Shown here one piece after another: positions 18,956 through 27,703 of a stretch of DNA of 64,000 nt; the first letter of the stretch is position 1; the number at the start of each line of letters is the position of its first letter. Under the pieces are notes generated by a model, which made no database searches, was not told the origin of the DNA, and was given only the letters and a program-made list of their open reading frames with translations. Source of the stretch: an uncultured Acidobacteriota bacterium (GTDB lineage: Bacteria > Acidobacteriota > Vicinamibacteria > Fen-336); the NCBI GenBank assembly GCA_963720545.1, contig OY970399.1:1344001-1408000 (forward strand), read 5' to 3'. The position numbers were made by a program, and so were the translations under genes.

Positions 18956-19759
18956 ATGGGCAATGACTCCTTGACGGCGGCACGCCGCGGGTTCGGTCGC
19001 ACCGAGCGTCGCGATACATGGTGGGTGGCGCCGCTCGCGGTCTTCCTGGTGCTTGCGGCGTTCATCGTGTACGCAACGTGGGCGGCGTTCCAGGGTGCGC
19101 ACTACGCGTACGGCCCCTACCTCTCGCCCTTCTACTCGCCCGAGCTCTTCGGCGACTCGCCTCACGCCTGGTTCGGGCCGAAGCCTTCAGCGTGGCCCAC
19201 GTGGTTGCCGTTCTCGCCGGCCCTTCTGATACTTCCGTTTCCCGGCCTCTTTCGCGTCACCTGCTACTACTATCGCGGCGCGTACTACAAGGCCTTCTGG
19301 GCCGACCCGCCGTCCTGCGCTGTGGGCGAGCCACGCAACAGCTACTGGGGCGAGCGGTCGTTTCCGTTGATCCTCCAGAACGTCCATCGCTATTTTCTTT
19401 ACATAGCGCTGATCTTCATCCTGATCCTCCTGCACGACGTATGGAAGGCGCTGTGGTTCACGGATCCGTCGACGGGCGCGACCCGTTTCGGCGTCGGCGT
19501 CGGCACAATCGTCCTGGCAACCAACGCGGCGCTGCTGGGCGGGTACACATTCGGCTGTCATTCATTGCGCCATCTGCTGGGCGGGCGGCTCAACGAAATT
19601 TCAACGCGCCCGGCGCGCGCGGTTTCGTACCGCTGCGTGAGCTGCCTCAACCGCGGCCACATGGTCTGGGCGTGGTGCAGCCTGTTCTCCGTCGCCTTCG
19701 CGGACATCTATGTCCGGCTGTGCTCCATGGGCGTGTGGACAGACTGGAAGATTCTCTAA
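18956..19759 (+). CDS. Succinate dehydrogenase membrane anchor, mycobacterial Sdh1 (Rv0249c-like) type
   Basis: Multi-TM; YLSPFYSP, FRVTCYYYRGAYY..FW..PP.CAV, FPLILQNVHRYF, YTFGCHSLRH, H..WAW.SL; directly upstream of sdhA. Confidence 0.85.
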   Translation: MGNDSLTAARRGFGRTERRDTWWVAPLAVFLVLAAFIVYATWAAFQGAHYAYGPYLSPFYSPELFGDSPHAWFGPKPSAWPTWLPFSPALLILPFPGLFRVTCYYYRGAYYKAFWADPPSCAVGEPRNSYWGERSFPLILQNVHRYFLYIALIFILILLHDVWKALWFTDPSTGATRFGVGVGTIVLATNAALLGGYTFGCHSLRHLLGGRLNEISTRPARAVSYRCVSCLNRGHMVWAWCSLFSVAFADIYVRLCSMGVWTDWKIL

Positions 19760-19760
19760 C

Positions 19761-21575
19761 GTGGCGGGCCATCAGCGCTTCGATTATGACGTCCTCGTCA
19801 TCGGCGCCGGTGGCGCGGGGCTGCGCGCGGCCATCGAGGCCGCCGACGCAGGCGTTTCGGTCGGGCTGGTCTGCAAGTCCCTGCTAGGCAAGGCCCACAC
19901 GGTGATGGCCGAGGGAGGCATCGCTGCGGCACTCGCCAACGTCGACGAGCGCGACAACTGGAAGGTCCATTTCGCCGACACCATGCGCGGCGGCCAGTAC
20001 GTCAACGATTGGCGCATGGCCGAATTACACGCTCGCGAGGCGCCGGACCGGGTCCGCGAGCTCGAGGCATGGGGCGCAGTATTCGACCGCACCCCGGATG
20101 GCCGCATCCTGCAGCGCAACTTCGGCGGGCACAAGTATCCGCGCCTTGCCCACGTCGGCGATCGCACCGGGCTCGAGCTGATCCGCACGTTGCAGGATCG
20201 CGTCGTCCACAAGGGCGTGGACGTGCACATGGAATGCACCATAACGTCGCTGCTGGGTGACGGCGACCGCATCGCCGGCGCGTTCGGATACGAGCGCGAG
20301 CGGGGACGCTTCCTGTTGTTCGGCGCTCGCGCCTTGATCCTGGCCACGGGCGGCATCGGGCGGGCCTACAAGATCACGAGCAACAGTTGGGAAGGCACTG
20401 GCGACGGCCACGCGCTGGCCTATCGCGCCGGGGCGGAGCTGATCGACATGGAATTCGTCCAGTTCCATCCTACGGGCATGATCTGGCCGCCAAGCGTCCA
20501 GGGAATCCTCGTGACCGAAGGGGTTCGCGGCGAGGGCGGCGTGCTGCTCAACAGCAACGGCGAGCGGTTCATGTTCGGCGACATCCCCGAAAACTATCGC
20601 AGCCAGACGGCCGACAATGAAGAAGAAGGGTGGCGCTACACCCAGGGCGACAGGAACGCGCGCCGGCCGCCCGAGCTGTTGACACGCGATCATGTGGCAC
20701 GCTGCATCCGTCGCGAAGTTCGTGAGGGCAGGGGCAGTCCCAACGGCGGCGTCTTCCTGGATATTTCGTGGATCCGGAAGAAGCTCCCGAACGCCGAGGA
20801 GCACATCAAGCGCAAGCTGCCGAGCATGTACCATCAATTCAAGCAGCTCGCCGACATCGACATCACCACGGAGCCGATGGAGGTCGGACCCACGACCCAC
20901 TACGTCATGGGCGGCGTTCACGTCGACGCCGACACGCAGATGTCCTCGGTGGGCGGGCTGTACGCCTGCGGCGAATGCGCTTCGGGGATCAACGGCGCGA
21001 ACCGGCTGGGCGGCAACTCGCTCTCCGACCTGCTGGTCTTCGGTAAGCGCGCCGGCGAGCACGCGGCGGCCTACGCGAAGGAGCACGTTGCGGCTTCGAT
21101 CGACGAGCGACAGGTGGAAGAAGCCGGACGGTCCACTGTCGAGCCGTTCGAACACGCGCGCGCGGGCGAAGCGCCGTACGCGGTGCAGACGGCACTCCAG
21201 GACATGATGCAGGAGAACGTCGGCATCGTCCGGACCGAAGGCGAGATGCGAAAAGCCCTCGCGGAGCTGGCGACGTTGCGGGCGCGGGCAGCCCGCGTTG
21301 GCGTCGTCGGTCACCGCGAATACAACCCGGCCTGGCACACCGCCCTCGATCTGCGCAATCTTCTCGATGTCTCGGAAGCCATCACGCGGTCGGCCCTGGA
21401 ACGCGACGAGAGCCGCGGCGGCCATTTCCGCGACGACCATCCCGAGAAGCGTGCCGATTGGAGCCAGTGGAACGTCTGCGTGAAGCGTGGGCCGGACGGA
21501 GGTATGCAGGTCCGGCGGCTTCCGCTTCGGGAAATGCCGGCCGAGCTGCAGCAGATCGTCGACGAATTGAAATAG
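19761..21575 (+). CDS. sdhA: Succinate dehydrogenase/fumarate reductase flavoprotein subunit
   Basis: IGAGGAG, AHTVMAEGG (FAD His), QFHPTG, TEGVRGEGG, HYVMGG, GANRLGGNSL, ESRGGH. Confidence 0.95.
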   Translation: MAGHQRFDYDVLVIGAGGAGLRAAIEAADAGVSVGLVCKSLLGKAHTVMAEGGIAAALANVDERDNWKVHFADTMRGGQYVNDWRMAELHAREAPDRVRELEAWGAVFDRTPDGRILQRNFGGHKYPRLAHVGDRTGLELIRTLQDRVVHKGVDVHMECTITSLLGDGDRIAGAFGYERERGRFLLFGARALILATGGIGRAYKITSNSWEGTGDGHALAYRAGAELIDMEFVQFHPTGMIWPPSVQGILVTEGVRGEGGVLLNSNGERFMFGDIPENYRSQTADNEEEGWRYTQGDRNARRPPELLTRDHVARCIRREVREGRGSPNGGVFLDISWIRKKLPNAEEHIKRKLPSMYHQFKQLADIDITTEPMEVGPTTHYVMGGVHVDADTQMSSVGGLYACGECASGINGANRLGGNSLSDLLVFGKRAGEHAAAYAKEHVAASIDERQVEEAGRSTVEPFEHARAGEAPYAVQTALQDMMQENVGIVRTEGEMRKALAELATLRARAARVGVVGHREYNPAWHTALDLRNLLDVSEAITRSALERDESRGGHFRDDHPEKRADWSQWNVCVKRGPDGGMQVRRLPLREMPAELQQIVDELK

Positions 21576-21587
21576 GGGGTCATCCTC

Positions 21588-22325
21588 TTGGCGACCGCGA
21601 CATTTCGAATCTGGCGGGGCGACGCGAGTGGCGGCGGTCTCCACGACTACACGACCGAGGTGTCGGAGGGGATGGTTGTCCTCGATGCCGTCCATCGCAT
21701 CCAGGCGCACAGCGCGCCCGACCTGGCCTGCCGCTGGAACTGCAAGGCTGGCAAGTGCGGTTCCTGCTCGGCCGAGATCAACGGCCGGCCGCGACTGATG
21801 TGCATGACGCGGCTCAACGAGCTGCCGCTCGACAAGCCCGTGACCGTGGAACCCATGCGCGCCTTTCCCCTGATCCGCGATCTGGTAACCGACGTCGCCT
21901 GGAATTTTCGGGTCAAACTCGAGATCAAGCCGTTCAAGCCCCGCCCGCCGGACGCGCCCGACGGCACCTGGCGCATGGCACAGCAAGACGTCGACCGAGT
22001 CCAGGAGTTCCGCAAGTGCATCGAGTGCTTCCTGTGCCAGGACGTGTGCCACGTCCTGCGGGAGCACGATCTGCACGACCGGTTCGTCGGGCCGCGGTTC
22101 CTCGTCTACGCCGCGGCGCTCGAGATGCATCCTCTCGACGTGGAGGATCGTCGCGAGGCCCTGGCGAAGGACCATGGCATCGGGTACTGCAACATCACCA
22201 AGTGCTGCACCAGCGTGTGCCCCGAGCACATCACCATCACCGACAACGCGATCATCCCGCTCAAGGAGCGGGTCGTGGACCGGTTGTTCGACCCGGTGAG
22301 CCGGTTCTTCCGTGTATCGAAATAA
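21588..22325 (+). CDS. sdhB: Succinate dehydrogenase/fumarate reductase iron-sulfur subunit
   Basis: CKAGKCGSC...C, CIECFLCQDVC, CNITKCCTSVCP. Confidence 0.95.
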   Translation: MATATFRIWRGDASGGGLHDYTTEVSEGMVVLDAVHRIQAHSAPDLACRWNCKAGKCGSCSAEINGRPRLMCMTRLNELPLDKPVTVEPMRAFPLIRDLVTDVAWNFRVKLEIKPFKPRPPDAPDGTWRMAQQDVDRVQEFRKCIECFLCQDVCHVLREHDLHDRFVGPRFLVYAAALEMHPLDVEDRREALAKDHGIGYCNITKCCTSVCPEHITITDNAIIPLKERVVDRLFDPVSRFFRVSK

Positions 22326-22343
22326 CGAGAAGGGCGGCTTTCG

Positions 22344-22850
22344 ATGTTCGAACTGAAACCCCTGTCCAGGGACGCCATCCCCGCGGCCCTGGCCAAGGCC
22401 GAGCGGTATCGCTTGCTGAACGAAGGCGAAATGGCGGAGAGCATCTGCCAGGACATCCTCCTCGCCGATCCTCGCGACCAGAGAGCGCTGGTCACCATGA
22501 TCCTCGCGATCACCGACCAGTTCCGGGAGCAGCGGCTCGCCGGCAACGTGGCGCGGGCGCGTGAGCTTGTGGCGCGACTCGAGGACGAGTACGAGCGGCT
22601 CTACTACGAGGGGATCGTCTGCGAGCGCCGCGGCCGCGCGCATCTGGCGCAGGGTCGCCAGGCAAGCGGCTTTCTCGCCTACGACTGGCTCAAGGCGGCG
22701 ATGGGTCTCTTCGAACGCGCCAACCAGAAGAGCCCGACGGGCAATGACGAGGCCGTTCTGCGGTGGAACGCCTGCGCCCGCGTGCTCATGCGACATCCGG
22801 AGCTGGAGCCGCATGAGGAGCAGCGCGAGTCCGGTATCCAGTCGGAATAG
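22344..22850 (+). CDS. Conserved hypothetical helical (TPR-like) protein in the sdh operon
   Basis: ORF 18 bp after sdhB; 'ALAKAERYRLLNE...AESIC.DIL', 'YYEGIVCERR', 'GNDEAVLRWNAC'. Confidence 0.7.
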   Translation: MFELKPLSRDAIPAALAKAERYRLLNEGEMAESICQDILLADPRDQRALVTMILAITDQFREQRLAGNVARARELVARLEDEYERLYYEGIVCERRGRAHLAQGRQASGFLAYDWLKAAMGLFERANQKSPTGNDEAVLRWNACARVLMRHPELEPHEEQRESGIQSE

Positions 22851-22865
22851 ATGGCGACGGCGCCC

Positions 22866-22894
22866 GAGACGTGACGGTCAGGACGTCACGTCTC
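22866..22894. terminator. Hairpin between convergent genes (possible bidirectional terminator)
   Basis: GAGACGTGACG-GTCAGGA-CGTCACGTCTC; no clear U tract. Confidence 0.45.
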
Positions 22895-22903
22895 GGCGTC
22901 GTG

Positions 22904-23821
22904 TTAATGGATCGTGACGGGAGCGGTGAGCTCGATGCTCCACACCGTGCCGGACGGCACCACGACGTCGTCGCGGTCCTTGGCCGCGACCACGGTGCCG
23001 GTGGCGCCGCCGAGGATGCCGCCGATGATGGCGCCCTTGCCGCCCTTCAGCAGGCCGCCGAGGATGGCGCCGCCGGCGGTGCCGCCGCCGATCACCGCCG
23101 CGTCCTTCTTGCCGCCCTTGCCCTGGATGCCGATGCTGGTGGCGTCGATCGCGTACTGGCGGCCGCCGAGGCGGAAGCTCGTGAACTGCACGCCGAGCGC
23201 CGCGCGCCCGCCGATCTTCTTCGAGCGCTGGATCTGGCTGATGTAGCCGCGGAACGAGGTGCCCGCGGGCACCGCCACCCTGCCGTCCACCATGATGTCG
23301 TTGTTGAGCGAGGCGTCGACGCGGTCCTCGAGCTTGCCGGTCTCGGTGGAGAGCGGCGTCTCGACGGTGAGTGAGACATGGGTGCCGTCGGGAATCACGA
23401 GCGGCTGCGGCGTCGGCATCGGCGTAGCGGCCCGGGACTCGGTCGCCGTCGCCACCGCCCGGTCGTCTTCATGCGTCGCTGCGTGCGCGCGTGCTTCCTC
23501 GGCGGCGCGCTGCGCTTCGCTGCGCGCGGCGCGCGCTTCGGCAGCGCGCGATTCGGCGGCCTGCGCCATCGCCTCGGTGCGCAGCTTCTTCGCCTCGGCT
23601 TCGGCGGCCGCGGCGCGATCTTCCGCCGCCTGGGCACGCGCTTCGGTAGCCCGCACCACGGCCTCGTCCACCACCGGCCCATCGGGCGCCGGGCTTGCGG
23701 CCTGCGCGGCGGCAGCTGCCTCGACAGCAGCCTTTTCCTCCGCCGACGGTGCCTGCTGCCTGCAGCCGGAGACGACAGCCGCGGCCAATACTGCCGCCAC
23801 GGTCAAGTGAATGAATTTCAT
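22904..23821 (-). CDS. Lipoprotein with Ala/Glu coiled coil and C-terminal glycine-zipper domain
   Basis: Lipobox VSGC; AEARA repeats; IGGGTAGGAILGGLLKGGKGAIIGG. Confidence 0.75.
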   Translation of the reverse strand: MKFIHLTVAAVLAAAVVSGCRQQAPSAEEKAAVEAAAAAQAASPAPDGPVVDEAVVRATEARAQAAEDRAAAAEAEAKKLRTEAMAQAAESRAAEARAARSEAQRAAEEARAHAATHEDDRAVATATESRAATPMPTPQPLVIPDGTHVSLTVETPLSTETGKLEDRVDASLNNDIMVDGRVAVPAGTSFRGYISQIQRSKKIGGRAALGVQFTSFRLGGRQYAIDATSIGIQGKGGKKDAAVIGGGTAGGAILGGLLKGGKGAIIGGILGGATGTVVAAKDRDDVVVPSGTVWSIELTAPVTIH

Positions 23822-23875
23822 GAGTCATGCCCTCCAGGAATGAATGTGCTCGTCCTCATCAAAGGATACGGCAGC

Positions 23876-25456
23876 TCACGCCTTTCTGGCTGGTTCGCTC
23901 CAGTTGGCGTAGACGTACATGAGGTCGGCCATCGACTGCTCCGACTCGACGATGCCGCCCACCAGGGTCCCGCCCTCGGTGACGATGTACTCGTCGTCCG
24001 AATGGGCGCGCGAACCGTGGCCCACGGCGCCGCCGGCCGAGGGCAGGCCGAGCTTGCGCGTGTACTCCCACTCGGGGGAGCTGCCGGCGCTGCGCGGCCA
24101 TACCTGGGGCTCGATGCCGTGATGCTTGTAGGTGGCCAGCGTCGCCTGCACCACCGCCTCCTTCACCGACGTCTGCGACCACTGGTCGCCGCCGCCCATC
24201 TTGCGGATCTCGAGGTCCTGGAAGCCCTGCTTGTCGAGATGCGCGCGGATCAGGGCGATCTGCTTGTCGACTTCCTGGTTGGGAACAAGGCGCGCGTCGA
24301 TCTTCACCGTGGCCTTCTCCGGCAGGATGGTCGCCGTGCCCTCGCCGGTGTAGCCCGCCCAGATGCCGTCGATGTTGAGCGTGGTGTCGAAGGTGAGGCG
24401 CTTCGCCGCCTCCTCGATGCTCCAGTCGTGCGCGAACACCTTCATGTTCTCGCTCTCGCCGCCGAAGAGGCGGTCCTTGTGCTTCGTCACCAGCTCGCTC
24501 ATCAGCTCGAGCTCTTCCGCGTTCGGCGGGCGGATGTCGTCGCGGAATCCCGGGACCAGGATCTCGTTGGTCTTCGCGTCGAACATGGTGTTGAGCGCCT
24601 GCACCAGCCGCCACACGGGGCTGTCGAGCACGGCCTTGCGCGACGAGTGGATCGGCATCTTCTGCGGGCCGCGGCCCCAGCGGGCGCCGGTCGCCTCGAG
24701 CTCGATGTACATGATGCCCTTGTTGCCGAGCGCCATCGAGACGGCGCCGTCCGGGCCCTGCGACGGACTGAGGTCGAGGAGCGCGTTCGCCTTCTTCAGG
24801 CGGTCGCGCCACGGGTCGAGCACCTCGTGGAAGTTCGGGCTGCCCTGCTCCTCGGCGCCGTCGCAGGTGAAGATGACGTTCACCGGCAGCTTGCCGTGCA
24901 CGGCGATGATCGATTCCATCGCGTTCAGGGCGAAGCGGTTCGGGCCCTTGCTGTTGACGGCACCGCGCGCCACGATCGCCTCGGGGAACTTGCCGAAGTT
25001 CTTGACCCGTGCGGCCGCGAGCGGCGGCGACGACCAGCGCTCTTCGACCCACGGCTGGGTGTCGTACATCATGTAGACGACCACGGTCTTGGGCGCGCCG
25101 ACGTCGTAGTGCGCGAGCACGCCCGGCCAGTTGGGCAGCGAGGTGTCCACCTTCACCACCTCCTTGCAGCCGAGCTTGCGGAACGACTCCATCATCACGT
25201 CGCACATCTCCTTGACGCCCTTATTCCAGGAACTGACCGACGGCTGCTGCAGGTCCTTCTGCACCGCGGCGATATGCGCTTCCTTGCTGGCGGCGATGTG
25301 CTCGCGCACCTTGCGCAGCTCGGGCGAGTCGAGCACGTCCTTCGCTTCCTTGGCGGCGGCCGTGCCGGTGAGGCTGCCGAAGACCGAATTGGCGAGCGCC
25401 AGCGAGGCGGCGCCGCGGCCGGCAACTTCCAGGAATTCCTTGCGCGAGATGGGCAT
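23876..25456 (-). CDS. M20/M25/M40 family metallopeptidase with Tat-like signal (SRKEFL)
   Basis: RBS AGGAG; YMMYDTQP, ARGAVNSKG, GAEEQGS, HSS, AHSDDEY. Confidence 0.85.
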   Translation of the reverse strand: MPISRKEFLEVAGRGAASLALANSVFGSLTGTAAAKEAKDVLDSPELRKVREHIAASKEAHIAAVQKDLQQPSVSSWNKGVKEMCDVMMESFRKLGCKEVVKVDTSLPNWPGVLAHYDVGAPKTVVVYMMYDTQPWVEERWSSPPLAAARVKNFGKFPEAIVARGAVNSKGPNRFALNAMESIIAVHGKLPVNVIFTCDGAEEQGSPNFHEVLDPWRDRLKKANALLDLSPSQGPDGAVSMALGNKGIMYIELEATGARWGRGPQKMPIHSSRKAVLDSPVWRLVQALNTMFDAKTNEILVPGFRDDIRPPNAEELELMSELVTKHKDRLFGGESENMKVFAHDWSIEEAAKRLTFDTTLNIDGIWAGYTGEGTATILPEKATVKIDARLVPNQEVDKQIALIRAHLDKQGFQDLEIRKMGGGDQWSQTSVKEAVVQATLATYKHHGIEPQVWPRSAGSSPEWEYTRKLGLPSAGGAVGHGSRAHSDDEYIVTEGGTLVGGIVESEQSMADLMYVYANWSEPARKA

Positions 25457-25518
25457 CTTCGTCTTCTCCTTTTCCTCTTGCGCCGCCCGAACCGGGCGGT
25501 GCGGCATCAGCGTGGCAG

Positions 25519-25995
25519 TCAGCCGGGGCGGTATGCGGGCGAGCGGTCGTCGGCGGCGAACAATGCCCCGGAGACGCCGAGCGGCGCCGTGAACGCCTCG
25601 AGGGCCTTGCGGTCGAAACCCTCGACGACCTTTTCGATGCGGCCGCCGCGCGCCACTGCGAAGAGCGTCGGCACCGCGGTGATGCCGAGTTCGGCGGCCA
25701 CCGGATAAGGCTCCGCCTCGAGCAGCACCGGCACCTTGTAGCCCTGCTCGCCGACGAGTCCGCGGGCGGTGGCGGCGTCGTCCTGCAGGATCACGGCCAC
25801 CGAAGCGCCCGTGCCCCTGCGCTCGAACAGGCGATTCACATAGGGCAGCGTCTGGCGCGTGGTCTTGCAGTCGCGATGGCCGATGAGAACCAGCGCCGGC
25901 CCGGCCGACCACGCTTCGGCGAGCGGCCGCTCGATGCCCTCGAGATCGGGCAGGACCACGTGCGGAAACCGGTCGCCGGGACGAAGGGTCGTCAT
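25519..25995 (-). CDS. Redoxin (AhpC/TSA/TlpA-like) protein; terminal UGA possibly selenocysteine (extension to 25507)
   Basis: L.PGD.FP...LPDLEG; CKTT (CxxT) active site; cis-Pro AVPTLF; ends AYRPG-UGA. Confidence 0.8.
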   Translation of the reverse strand: MTTLRPGDRFPHVVLPDLEGIERPLAEAWSAGPALVLIGHRDCKTTRQTLPYVNRLFERRGTGASVAVILQDDAATARGLVGEQGYKVPVLLEAEPYPVAAELGITAVPTLFAVARGGRIEKVVEGFDRKALEAFTAPLGVSGALFAADDRSPAYRPG

Positions 25996-26003
25996 CGCCG
26001 CCG

Positions 26004-26834
26004 CTAGGCGTCCACGAAGTCGACGCTGACCCGGCTGCGGATGACGCCGGCATCGGCACCGCGGTCGAGGAACGTCTGGATGGCGCGACGCCCGATGTCG
26101 CCCGTGTCGAGCGTCATGTCGTTCACCCACATGCCGACGAACTGGTCGGCGATCTGCGGATCCATGCCGCGCGCGAACTGCATGGCATAAGCGAGCGCCT
26201 CGGCGCGATGCGCGAGCGAATAACGGACGGTTTCACGCACCAGCACCGTCAGCCGCGCCATCAGCTCGGGCCCCAGGTTGCGGCGTACCGCGTTGCCGCC
26301 GAGCGGCAAGGGCAGGCCGGTGTCTTCCTTCCACCACGCGCCGAGGTCGAGCACCTTGTGAAGCCCGTGGCCGCCGTAGGTCAGCTGGCCTTCGTGAATG
26401 ATGAGGCCGGCATCGACGCGGCCGGCGCGCACCTCGTCGAGGATCCCGTCGAACGGCACCACCCTGGTCGAAACCCCGGGCGCGAACAGCTTGAGCGCAA
26501 GGTAGGCCGAGGTGAGCGTGCCGGGAACGGCGACCAGGACCGATGCGATATCGGCAGGCGCCATGGCGCTGCGCGCCACGAGCAGCGGGCCGTAGCCGTC
26601 GCCGATGCTGCCGCCGCACGGCATCAGCGCGTACTTGTCGGCGATGTAGGGATAGGCGTGGAACGAGACCGCGGTGACCTCGTGCTTGCCGGCGCGCGCC
26701 TCGCGGTTCAGCGTCTCGATGTCGGTCAGGGTGTGCTCGATGACCAGGTCGCCGGTGGACACGTGGCCCGATGCGAGGCCGTAGAACATGAACGCATCGT
26801 CGCTGTCGGGACTGTGGGCGAGGGAAATCTTCAT
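26004..26834 (-). CDS. mqnD: 1,4-dihydroxy-6-naphthoate synthase (futalosine pathway, MqnA/MqnD family)
   Basis: HSPDSDDAFMF, DIETLN, GYGP, TSAYL, IIHEGQLTY, LDLG.WW...TGLPLPLG, MWVN. Confidence 0.88.
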   Translation of the reverse strand: MKISLAHSPDSDDAFMFYGLASGHVSTGDLVIEHTLTDIETLNREARAGKHEVTAVSFHAYPYIADKYALMPCGGSIGDGYGPLLVARSAMAPADIASVLVAVPGTLTSAYLALKLFAPGVSTRVVPFDGILDEVRAGRVDAGLIIHEGQLTYGGHGLHKVLDLGAWWKEDTGLPLPLGGNAVRRNLGPELMARLTVLVRETVRYSLAHRAEALAYAMQFARGMDPQIADQFVGMWVNDMTLDTGDIGRRAIQTFLDRGADAGVIRSRVSVDFVDA

Positions 26835-27475
26835 GGCGCTGCGCGCATTCTCTCCGAGATGTCGGGCGCCCATGAAACGAGCGGGGCCGTGACATCGGCG
26901 ACGCGCAGGTCGTCGCGGCCGCGCGCGGCGCGCAGCGCCTGCATCACGTCACCGGACGGCGCGCGCCGTTCCTTCGCGGGCACGTTCACGATGACGGCAT
27001 CGGCTGTGGCGATGAGGCCCGCGGACTCCGGCTTCCACCGCTGCGGCGAGAGGAACGGATGTGCCACGAACAGGTGCAGCTGCGGTTGCGACACAGCAAC
27101 GATCGTCGAGCCTTCGACGACGGTGGTGGCGCCGCGCAGCAGGCCGCGCACCACGTCCCAGGCTTCCACCACCGCCCCACGCCGCGCGATGCACCAGAGC
27201 ACCTTGCCGGCCGCGGCGCCGAGGCGCTCGGTGTCGGTGCCCGGTTCGCCCAGGGTCGCGGCGTCGCCGATGAGCCGGTATGGCACGTCGATGTCGCAGA
27301 CGACGCACGGCGTGCCGCGCGGACAGCGCTCGAAGACGTCGTCGGTGGTCGTGAACTTGACGGCGGCCACATCCGAGCGTCCGAGGTCTCGCAACAAGGC
27401 CACCGCGAGAGCCGTTTTTCCGGCCCGGCTGCAGGCGCCGGACACACCCGCAAGCCAGGGCAGCTGTGCTACCAT
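26831..27475 (-). CDS. Hypothetical P-loop protein (MobB-like) with CPxxxxCxxC motif
   Basis: GACSRAGKT, AAVK, CPRGTPCVVC, GTDT.RL.AA, VVEG; ATGA overlap with mqnD. Confidence 0.65.
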   Translation of the reverse strand: MVAQLPWLAGVSGACSRAGKTALAVALLRDLGRSDVAAVKFTTTDDVFERCPRGTPCVVCDIDVPYRLIGDAATLGEPGTDTERLGAAAGKVLWCIARRGAVVEAWDVVRGLLRGATTVVEGSTIVAVSQPQLHLFVAHPFLSPQRWKPESAGLIATADAVIVNVPAKERRAPSGDVMQALRAARGRDDLRVADVTAPLVSWAPDISERMRAAP

Positions 27476-27703
27476 TCGACTCGCTCGTCCGGGCCCATTT
27501 CCAGAAAGCTCCACCTTGTCACAAACGCTCCATAAGTCATTGAACAGGCGGCTTTTGTCGCCCTACGACACGGGGATGACCTAGTGTCTTCCTCGCGCCC
27601 TTTGGCGCGGGGAGAGACAGCCACCCTGAGGAGCAGGCGCCCTGCCCTCGAGCCGGACCTCAAGGCACAGGAAACAAGCAGCCACGGAGCAATCGAAATC
27701 GCC

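Noticed and set aside
23400..23750. Low-complexity GCC/GCG repeats
   Set aside because: Explained by the Ala/Glu/Arg coiled-coil coding sequence of the lipoprotein.
25480..25509. Second in-frame UGA also read as Sec (U-L-P-R-U-C...)
   Set aside because: Read-through would run into the M20 gene's RBS and start with low-complexity Arg-rich sequence; more simply the true stop.
23876..26059. 727-aa ORF as a single protein
   Set aside because: The N-terminal 200 codons overlap the redoxin gene in another frame; the real start is ATG25456 with an RBS and Tat-like signal.
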